Assembly: GCA_028695735.1 (NCBI GenBank)
Contig: JAQVIJ010000004.1
Span: 128,671 to 192,670 of the forward strand
DNA length: 64,000 nt
Source of the DNA: Deltaproteobacteria bacterium
GTDB taxonomy: Bacteria > Desulfobacterota > Dissulfuribacteria > Dissulfuribacterales > DYLC01
Direction of reading: 5' to 3'
The notes below the pieces were generated by a model. It saw only the letters and a program-made list of their open reading frames with translations, did no database searches and had not been told where the DNA came from. Shown in pieces: positions 57,564 to 64,000 of the stretch. The position numbers and the translations under genes were made by a program. Numbering within the stretch: the first letter of the stretch is position 1; each line of letters begins with the position of its first letter.

Positions 57564-59828
57564 TTGCGTTTTTCATTCTATTTCATGCTTGTTTTGACCC
57601 TGTTGCTGTTTTCTTCAGGCCATGTGGGCTCCGAAGACGCCGCACAGGTCTGGACTGCCATGCGCATAGATATGCAGACCCTGGGGAATCGAGTGGCCCG
57701 TTCCAGTGGCGGTGATAAAGAGGCGTTTCAGCAGCTCACTGCCGGTCTGAAACAGTTTATCCGTTCCTATCCAGACGCACCGGAGGCTGCGGAGGCCTAT
57801 TATCTCCTCGGTGAAGGCTATCTAAACGCAGGTTTCGAATCGGAGGGCATGGCCAACCTGCAGATAGCCGCTCAAAAATTTCCCGAAAGTCCCTGGGCTG
57901 AGGAGGCCCTCATGGCCCTGCTGCGATACATGGAAAAAAGCGGCGGAAAGGGGAAAAACGAGGCATTTTATCGGGATTTGATAAAAAAATACCCAAATTC
58001 CAAGGCAGGCCGCATCGCCCTTATAGCCAGCGGCATGGAACGGCTTGCCAAGGGCCAGAAGGCGAAGGTGGCCCTGGAGTTGGAAAATATGGAAAAGGAC
58101 AACCCGAATCTTTTTTTGGAGGTGCCCATGGCCTTGGACCTCAAGGCCCGCATTCTGTCTATGGATGGGAAGGAAGAGGAGGCCCGTGCATTGTGGCTGC
58201 AATATCTGAATCTGGCTTCCTCCAAGTCTGCCAAGACTCAGACGATATTCAACATCGCCGAGAGTTTTTTTCGGGAGAAACAGTGGGTACAGGCCAGAAA
58301 GTACTACGGATTGTTGGTCACCGGCTATCCGGATGCAAGGGAGTTGAGCCTGGCCCGCTTCCGTTTGCTGGCGATAGACGAGCTGGCCGGCAAGGAGTTG
58401 AGTGGGCTTGGGGCGAGGCCCAGGGAGATCTCGCCTGAAAAAAAGGAAGAGACCCTTCAAGCCGTGCTGAACGGCAATGCATCCCTTTCCCTGACTCAAG
58501 AGGCGTATCTCGAATTGTTGCGCCTGCGCCTGAAGAACGGACAATTTTTGGAATTTTTGACAAAAGCCGAGGAATTCGAGCGGAAGTGGCCTAAATCCCC
58601 TTACATGGAGGAGCTGGTAGGCCTTATGAAACAGGCGGAGTCCCTTATTCTCGCCCAGGATTTGGACACTAAGAATGCCCTGGACATACTTTCCTTCGGT
58701 CAGGGCTACCTGGCTTCTCATTCAAAGGCGCAGCTTTTGCCTTCATTTTTATGGATCACACAGGGCGTATGGCTGAAATTGGCTCAGAACCTTTTGAACA
58801 GCAAGGACTATGAATCCGCCATAGCCAATGCCTCCGGTCTTGCCTCCTTTGCAAAAGACCCAGACACCAAAGCGAAGGCCGTTGCCCTTGAACAGGAGGC
58901 AAGATTGGCCTGGATAGCCTTTTTGATGCAGAATAACGACTATGAAAATGCAGTATTACGGGCGGAGGAGGCGTTCAGGGCCTTTCCTGACACACAAACC
59001 GGCCATAACGCATTGGAACTGGGCAAAAAGGCATTGAATGAGTTTATGGCTGAATCCCTTAAACAGAATGGGCAGCTCCCCGCCCTGAATTTTTATTACA
59101 ATCACAAAGACGAGCTTGCCCCGCTTCTTACGCCTGATGCCGTTTTTCAAATGGGCCGTCTATGGAGGGGTATCGCCTGCCCCCATGCAGCCCAGAGGGC
59201 GTTTTTTCAGGCATGGCTGAAAAATGGCAGGAAGTTATGGCCTGAATTGTTTTATGAGTGGGTATCCATCGCCATAGAACAGGCGGAGATTCAGGAGGCG
59301 GACGCCCTTTTTTCCATGTTTGCGCGTCAACACCCAAAGGAGTTAAACGCCCTTTACTGGCTCACGAAGGCCAGGTCTGCAAGGATGGCCCAGGATTGGA
59401 AGGAGGTGTCTGCGGCAGCCCAGAAGGCCCTTTCCCTGGGTGCCAAGGATGAGACCGAGGCCAAGCGGTTGTGGTTCGATGCCGCTGTCAATCTTGGGCA
59501 ATGGCCGGAGGCCCAGGCCGTCTGGCTGGGTATGGAACAGGGGCTTGAGCCAGATGTGAAGGCAGGGCTTCTCAAGGCATGGGGGGACGCAGCTATACTG
59601 GCAGGGGCGTTCAATGAGGCTGTATATCCATATAAGGCGCTTCTGGACATGAAGGGGGATGATCCGGCTGTACTGGCCAGAAACGGAGTGGTGAGCTATA
59701 TGATCGGAGATGAACGGAATGCAGTCAAATATCTGGAAGCAGCCCGAAAGGATGCGGGACTTTGGGGCAAAATGGCCGGCGCTGTCCTGGACACACAGAC
59801 ATTTTTGAAAGAAAATAATGCGCGGTAA
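57564..59828 (+). CDS. large secreted TPR-repeat protein
   Basis: Helical TPR-like repeats throughout (e.g. ..PEAAEAYYLLGEGYLNAGFESEGMANLQIAAQKFPESPWAEEAL..). The track start 57465 would leave only 14 nt to the divergent PilZ gene. TTG 57564 (after GGGAAGGGA) or ATG 57585 gives a signal-peptide-like N-terminus. Confidence 0.72.
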   Translation: MRFSFYFMLVLTLLLFSSGHVGSEDAAQVWTAMRIDMQTLGNRVARSSGGDKEAFQQLTAGLKQFIRSYPDAPEAAEAYYLLGEGYLNAGFESEGMANLQIAAQKFPESPWAEEALMALLRYMEKSGGKGKNEAFYRDLIKKYPNSKAGRIALIASGMERLAKGQKAKVALELENMEKDNPNLFLEVPMALDLKARILSMDGKEEEARALWLQYLNLASSKSAKTQTIFNIAESFFREKQWVQARKYYGLLVTGYPDARELSLARFRLLAIDELAGKELSGLGARPREISPEKKEETLQAVLNGNASLSLTQEAYLELLRLRLKNGQFLEFLTKAEEFERKWPKSPYMEELVGLMKQAESLILAQDLDTKNALDILSFGQGYLASHSKAQLLPSFLWITQGVWLKLAQNLLNSKDYESAIANASGLASFAKDPDTKAKAVALEQEARLAWIAFLMQNNDYENAVLRAEEAFRAFPDTQTGHNALELGKKALNEFMAESLKQNGQLPALNFYYNHKDELAPLLTPDAVFQMGRLWRGIACPHAAQRAFFQAWLKNGRKLWPELFYEWVSIAIEQAEIQEADALFSMFARQHPKELNALYWLTKARSARMAQDWKEVSAAAQKALSLGAKDETEAKRLWFDAAVNLGQWPEAQAVWLGMEQGLEPDVKAGLLKAWGDAAILAGAFNEAVYPYKALLDMKGDDPAVLARNGVVSYMIGDERNAVKYLEAARKDAGLWGKMAGAVLDTQTFLKENNAR

Positions 59829-59837
59829 TCAGTCTGC

Positions 59838-61262
59838 ATGAAACCCATAGTCCTTACACAGCACATGGATCAACCCCAGAATGTGATGGAGTGGCTGAAA
59901 AAACTGGGTTATGACACACAGAAGGCCGACACTTACGAGGACCTTTTGAGCCTGCCTTTCGAACCCCACCAGCTTGTGCTGATGGGCCATGGTCCTGGCA
60001 AAGATGGTCTGGGTATGGCTGCGAATCTTCTGCGTAACAAACCGGATGCCAGGATATTGCTCATCGCCGTGAAACCCACCATCGAGGATGCAATTGCAGC
60101 CATGCAGTTGGGTGTAGCTGACATACTGTGTCAACCATTTGACGCAGAGGCGCTGGGACATGCCGTTGAGCGCAATTCGCCCGTGCTTCACCAGACTCCA
60201 CCGGTAACGGATTGGGACACGCAGGCAGGTTCGGGCATCGTCTGCCGTTCAGCGGCCATGATGAACATTTTGAATAAGGCCAAAAATGTGGCCAACAGCA
60301 GGGCATCTGTGCTGATATGTGGTGAGAGCGGTACCGGCAAGGAGTTGCTGGCCCGTTACATACACGAAAACAGTGACCGGAAGGCAGCGCCGTTTGTGGC
60401 TTTGAATTGCGCCTGCCTTCCTGAGACCCTTCTGGAAAGTGAGTTGTTCGGATATGAAAAGGGTGCATTCTCCGGCGCAACTGTCCGAAAACCGGGCAAA
60501 TTCGAGTTGGCTGACAAGGGCACGCTTCTGCTGGATGAGGTTGCGGAGATGGCCCTTCCACTTCAAGCCAAGCTGTTGAGGGTGCTTCAGGAAGGCGAGG
60601 TGGATCGTCTCGGCGGGGTAAAACCTGTAAAGATAGATGTTCGTATTTTGGCGGCTACCAACCGGAATCTGAAGGATGACATTCAGGCCGGACGTTTTCG
60701 TGAGGACCTTTTTTACCGCCTGAATGTCATTCAATTGAAACTGCCGGCCCTGAGGGAAAGGCGTGAGGACATTCCTGTCCTGGCCGGTTTTTTCCTTCAG
60801 CAGTTTACAAATGCCTATGGGAAATCTGGCCTGAAATTTGCTAATTCTACTATCGAAGCCATGTTGCAATGGCCCTGGCCGGGCAATATTCGGGAATTGA
60901 AAAATGCCGTGGAAAGAGGGGTGCTGCTGGCCCAGGGGAGTGTGATCCTCCCTGGCGATATCTGGGATGACTGGGTGAGCCCCGGCATTGAAGAGACGCA
61001 CATTCAGGAAGCGGCTGTAGGTGTCAGCCGGCCTGTGAGTAGGCCGGAGGAGAGGCAGGACAATACGCCTGAAGGTGCGCCGGAGGACATGCCGGAGCCC
61101 ACGGAGATCATGGACCTGACAACCCTTGAAAGATTCACCATTCAAAAGGCGCTTCAAAAGACCGACGGCAACAGGACTCATGCAGCACAGCTTTTGGGCA
61201 TAAGTGTCAGGACGCTGCGGAACAAACTGCTGGAATATCGTCGTATGGGGATAATGTTATGA
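59838..61262 (+). CDS. sigma-54-dependent transcriptional activator with degenerate (FleQ-like) receiver domain; probable flagellar master regulator
   Basis: Walker A GESGTGKE, GAFSGA loop, ..ELFGYEKGAFSGA.., and a C-terminal Fis HTH (..HAAQLLGISVRTLRNKLLEY). The N-terminal domain lacks the acidic pair and the phospho-acceptor Asp (..LVLMGHGPG..). Its stop overlaps the flgB start (ATGA). Confidence 0.9.
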   Translation: MKPIVLTQHMDQPQNVMEWLKKLGYDTQKADTYEDLLSLPFEPHQLVLMGHGPGKDGLGMAANLLRNKPDARILLIAVKPTIEDAIAAMQLGVADILCQPFDAEALGHAVERNSPVLHQTPPVTDWDTQAGSGIVCRSAAMMNILNKAKNVANSRASVLICGESGTGKELLARYIHENSDRKAAPFVALNCACLPETLLESELFGYEKGAFSGATVRKPGKFELADKGTLLLDEVAEMALPLQAKLLRVLQEGEVDRLGGVKPVKIDVRILAATNRNLKDDIQAGRFREDLFYRLNVIQLKLPALRERREDIPVLAGFFLQQFTNAYGKSGLKFANSTIEAMLQWPWPGNIRELKNAVERGVLLAQGSVILPGDIWDDWVSPGIEETHIQEAAVGVSRPVSRPEERQDNTPEGAPEDMPEPTEIMDLTTLERFTIQKALQKTDGNRTHAAQLLGISVRTLRNKLLEYRRMGIML

Positions 61263-61711
61263 AACAGCTTTTCAGTAACACCATAGATTTGCTTGAAAAA
61301 TCCATTGGTCTTCGTGTAAAGAGAAATACGGTGCTGACCTCCAATGTGGTCAATATGGACACGCCCGGCTACAAGGCCAAAGATGTGCCTTTCAACGAAA
61401 TCATGGCTGCATATATGGGAAAGGAATCCAGCGGCTTCATGCGGATTACCAATGCCGCTCACATAGATGCGGAGGCGGCCCTGCCGTCTGGAACCACCAA
61501 CCCAAGGCACATTCCCATAGGCCCTCAGCCCGGAGCGGACCCTTTCCATGTGTCCGTTTCCACAGAGAGAGGTACTCCCAACAATGTGGATATGGACAGG
61601 GAGATGGCTGAAATAGCCGTGAACAATATTCAATATCAGACCGCTGTGCAGTCCCTTATCAAGAAATTCGACGGGTTGCGCACCGCCATCACGGAAGGAG
61701 GTAAGTCATAA
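61259..61711 (+). CDS. flgB: flagellar basal-body rod protein FlgB
   Basis: ..LTSNVVNMDTPGYKAKDV.. rod-protein N-terminal signature, and gene order flgB-flgC-fliE. Confidence 0.9.
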   Translation: MKQLFSNTIDLLEKSIGLRVKRNTVLTSNVVNMDTPGYKAKDVPFNEIMAAYMGKESSGFMRITNAAHIDAEAALPSGTTNPRHIPIGPQPGADPFHVSVSTERGTPNNVDMDREMAEIAVNNIQYQTAVQSLIKKFDGLRTAITEGGKS

Positions 61712-62202
61712 TGGCCGATATGAGCATATTTACCGCTATTCAAATGGGCGCTCAGGGTATGAGCGCTGAGAGAACCCGCTTGAACATAGCCTCCATGAAC
61801 CTGGCCAATGCCCAGGTTACTCGCACTGTGGATGGCGGACCTTATGTGCCTCGCTCTGTTGTCTTCGAGGCGGTTCCATATAACCCTGAAGAGAGCGGGG
61901 TGAACACAGGCATGTCGCCTCTGGTTCCTGTAAAATCCTTTGACAATACCTTGCAGAAGGCCTCCGCCAGGCTGGAGACCGTGCGGGTCAAGGAGGTTGT
62001 GGAGGACAAATTTCCTTTCAAGGAGGTCTATGACCCAAGTCATCCCGATGCGGATGAAAACGGCATAGTCCGGCTGCCCAATGTCAATGTGATGGAGCAG
62101 ATGGTGGATGTCATGAATGCCTCTCGCGCGTACGAGGCCAATGTGACCTCCATCAACACAGCCAAGTCCATGGCCATGAAGGCGATGGAGCTGGGCAAAT
62201 AA
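61711..62202 (+). CDS. flgC: flagellar basal-body rod protein FlgC
   Basis: ..MSAERTRLNIASMNLANAQVTR.. and C-terminal ..MVDVMNASRAYEANVTSINTAKSMAMKAMELG typical of FlgC. Confidence 0.92.
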   Translation: MADMSIFTAIQMGAQGMSAERTRLNIASMNLANAQVTRTVDGGPYVPRSVVFEAVPYNPEESGVNTGMSPLVPVKSFDNTLQKASARLETVRVKEVVEDKFPFKEVYDPSHPDADENGIVRLPNVNVMEQMVDVMNASRAYEANVTSINTAKSMAMKAMELGK

Positions 62203-62220
62203 TCATATCCGGAGAAGCTG

Positions 62221-62511
62221 ATGAACATTAAATCCATATCAACTACACTGAATCCCTTGCAGAAGACCGGGGAGACTGCGGCAGGTAAGGACACCGGTTT
62301 TGCCGATCTGCTCAAGAATGCCATTCAAACCGTCAACGGGCGCATGAATGAGGCGGATGCCCTGACTCAAAAAAGTGCGGTGGGAGAGCCGGTGGATATC
62401 CACGAACTCATGATATCGTCCACCAAGGCCGAGTTGTCTTTCCGCACCCTTCTTCAGGTCAGAAACAAGGCCCTTACGGCCTATGAAGAGATCATGAGAA
62501 TGCAGTTATAG
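62221..62511 (+). CDS. fliE: flagellar hook-basal body complex protein FliE
   Basis: 96 aa. ..FADLLKNAIQTVN... and ..IHELMISSTKAELSFRTLLQVRNKALTAYEEIMRMQL match the FliE pattern. Confidence 0.88.
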   Translation: MNIKSISTTLNPLQKTGETAAGKDTGFADLLKNAIQTVNGRMNEADALTQKSAVGEPVDIHELMISSTKAELSFRTLLQVRNKALTAYEEIMRMQL

Positions 62512-62525
62512 CAGAAGGTTGAGAC

Positions 62526-64000
62526 ATGGCTACTCCCACAGAAATGCTGGAACAACTCAAGAACCTGGGTGCGTCCCTTACCCTGTCCCAAAAGATCATG
62601 GCGGCTGTGGTAGCCGGTGCGGTGCTTTTGGGTTTCGGCATCTTTTATGTCATGGCCAACCAGGTGACCTACAAGCCGCTTTATACGGATTTGAGGCCTG
62701 AAGACGCATCAGAGATCGTCAACTGGCTCAAGAAGGAGAACGTAAAATATGAGCTGGCCGCGGGCGGTTCCACGATTCGAGTGCCTGAAGACAGGCTCTA
62801 TGATATCCGTCTGTCGCTGGCAGGGGCAGGTCTGCCAAAACAGAACGGCGTTGGTTTCGAGGTCTTTGACCAGACTAACATGGGTGTTACGGACTTTGTG
62901 CAGAATGTTCAATATCAGCGGGCTGTCCAGGGCGAATTGGAGCGCACCATCAGCCGTTTCCCCCAGATTAAAAGTGTGCGGGTTCACCTCGCTCAGCCCA
63001 AGGACAGCCTGTTCGTAAGCGAACGCAAGGATCCAACGGCCTCCGTGGTGTTGCAGCTCAACAAGGGCGAGGAACTCTCTCCCGCCCAGGTCAAGGGCAT
63101 AGTGCATCTGGTCTCCAGCGCCATTCCCAAGCTCAAAAAAGAAAATGTGGCGGTGGTGGATACCAGCGGCAACATCCTCTATGACCCTGCAGAGATGGAA
63201 AAGGGCAAGGGTGATGACCCCGCGGGTCTTACAAATGCCCAATTGGTCTATCAGAAACGCCTTGAGGAGTACTATAAAAACAAGATACAGACCATGTTGG
63301 AAGATGCCCTCGGCCCGAACAAGGCCGTGGCACGAGTCTCCACTGATGTGGATTTCGATTCGGTTCAGATCAATGAAGACAAGTTTGATCCGGATGCCGT
63401 GGCCGTGCGCAGTGAGCAGAAGATGTCTGAGACTGATGTGCAGCAGGACAGCGGTGGAGTGCCTGGTGTAAAGGGCGGGCTTGCCGATAAACTGCAGGGC
63501 AATGCCAATCAGCAGAACCCGTCCGTGCTCAAGCAGAAGAAACAGGATACCACCAACTATGAGATAACCCGGACCCAGCGTCAGATCAATACGGCCCTCG
63601 GCAAGCTGAAGCGCATCTCCGTTGGCGTAATGGTGGATGGCGTCTATCAGCAGAAGGACAAGGAGACGGTTTATGTACCGCGTACCCCCGAAGAGGTGGC
63701 CAGTCTGGAAAAGATCGTAAAGGCGGCCATTGGTTACAGTATGGAGCGCGGGGATGAGGTGCGCGTTGTCAATGTGCCTTTCCATGCCCAAGCAGCCGCC
63801 CCCTCAACTGTGGCGCAGATGGCGGATATGGGTACAAAGGCCCTTAAGCCCATTGCCAATCTCATCCTTGCCGTACTGTTCATCTTTTTTGTGATTCGCC
63901 CGCTTTTGAACAGGTATGTGCTGAAACCACAGGAAAAAGAGATGTTACAGCAGCGTATGGCCCTTGAGGAGGAGGAGATGCTTGAAGGGGCTGCAGGCGC
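62526..64000 (+). CDS. fliF: flagellar M-ring protein FliF, N-terminal about 491 codons (runs off the window end)
   Basis: Absent from the track because there is no stop in the window. My translation from ATG 62526 reads MATPTEMLEQLKNLGASLTLSQKIMAAVVAGAVLLGFGIFYVMANQVTYKPLYTDLRPEDASEIVNWLKKENVKYELAAGGSTIRVPEDRLYDIRLSLAGAGLPKQNGVGFEVFD..., the canonical FliF N-terminus. The frame stays open to 64000. The 360-aa minus-strand ORF 62709-63791 is its antisense shadow. Confidence 0.88.
   Translation, partial: MATPTEMLEQLKNLGASLTLSQKIMAAVVAGAVLLGFGIFYVMANQVTYKPLYTDLRPEDASEIVNWLKKENVKYELAAGGSTIRVPEDRLYDIRLSLAGAGLPKQNGVGFEVFDQTNMGVTDFVQNVQYQRAVQGELERTISRFPQIKSVRVHLAQPKDSLFVSERKDPTASVVLQLNKGEELSPAQVKGIVHLVSSAIPKLKKENVAVVDTSGNILYDPAEMEKGKGDDPAGLTNAQLVYQKRLEEYYKNKIQTMLEDALGPNKAVARVSTDVDFDSVQINEDKFDPDAVAVRSEQKMSETDVQQDSGGVPGVKGGLADKLQGNANQQNPSVLKQKKQDTTNYEITRTQRQINTALGKLKRISVGVMVDGVYQQKDKETVYVPRTPEEVASLEKIVKAAIGYSMERGDEVRVVNVPFHAQAAAPSTVAQMADMGTKALKPIANLILAVLFIFFVIRPLLNRYVLKPQEKEMLQQRMALEEEEMLEGAAG

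Noticed and set aside
62709-63791. 360-aa minus-strand ORF
   Set aside because: It is the antisense shadow of fliF, whose + frame is open from 62526 to the window end and reads as canonical FliF.
1-64000. Looked for defence islands, toxin-antitoxin pairs, prophage or integrative elements, transposases, retrons and group II introns
   Set aside because: No integrase, transposase, reverse transcriptase, nuclease or methylase-like ORFs were found, and there are no long non-coding stretches. The tRNA genes are not flanked by direct repeats of their 3' ends. The only mobile-looking sequences are the non-autonomous MITE-like repeats.

Overview
Gene-dense 64-kb chromosomal segment with no transposase, integrase, phage or CRISPR content. 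The gene content suggests an anaerobic Desulfobacterota-type (deltaproteobacterial) organism: many sigma-54 activators, multiheme c-type cytochromes, DUF4445/ASKHA and TSUP transporters. This taxonomic call is inference only.

Layout, left to right:
- 1-14.9 kb, minus strand: ArsB/NhaD-type permease (partial), CBS protein, DUF1634 plus a TSUP transporter, a hybrid sensor kinase with a periplasmic binding protein, a second TSUP, alr, a CDF transporter, an M1-peptidase/ChaN/PDZ fusion, and pgm.
- 15.1-24.6 kb, plus strand: sensor kinase and sigma-54 response regulator, followed by a putative outer-membrane barrel, a 12-heme lipoprotein cytochrome and a giant roughly 1320-codon 8-heme cytochrome. 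The giant reading frame is interrupted by a single in-frame TGA that is followed by a SECIS-like hairpin.
- 24.7-29.3 kb, minus strand: tRNA-Glu and tRNA-Lys, crcB plus a tandem-DUF190 protein, and Zn-ribbon/HEAT/TPR and TPR proteins.
- 29.8-38.2 kb, plus strand: a 1460-aa truncated PPDK-like protein, then gap-pgk-tpiA-secG and tRNA-Leu.
- 38.5-41.6 kb: two tandem IPT/TIG paralogues.
- 41.6-47.5 kb: panB, RNase P RNA, COG1579 Zn-ribbon protein, NIF3, tRNA(CAU), OmpA-family lipoprotein, pyrE, coaE.
- 47.6-55.5 kb: clpB, glgP, clpA, clpS.
- 55.5-64 kb: DUF4445 plus PilZ, a TPR protein, a FleQ-like sigma-54 activator, and flgB-flgC-fliE-fliF (fliF partial).

The most interesting signals are the candidate selenocysteine recoding site inside the giant cytochrome of a porin-cytochrome-like cluster, a four-copy MITE-like intergenic repeat family, and several unusual domain fusions. 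Two genes at the window edges (permease, fliF) and rnpB are absent from, or mis-represented by, the ORF track. Several start codons were re-assigned from RBS context.
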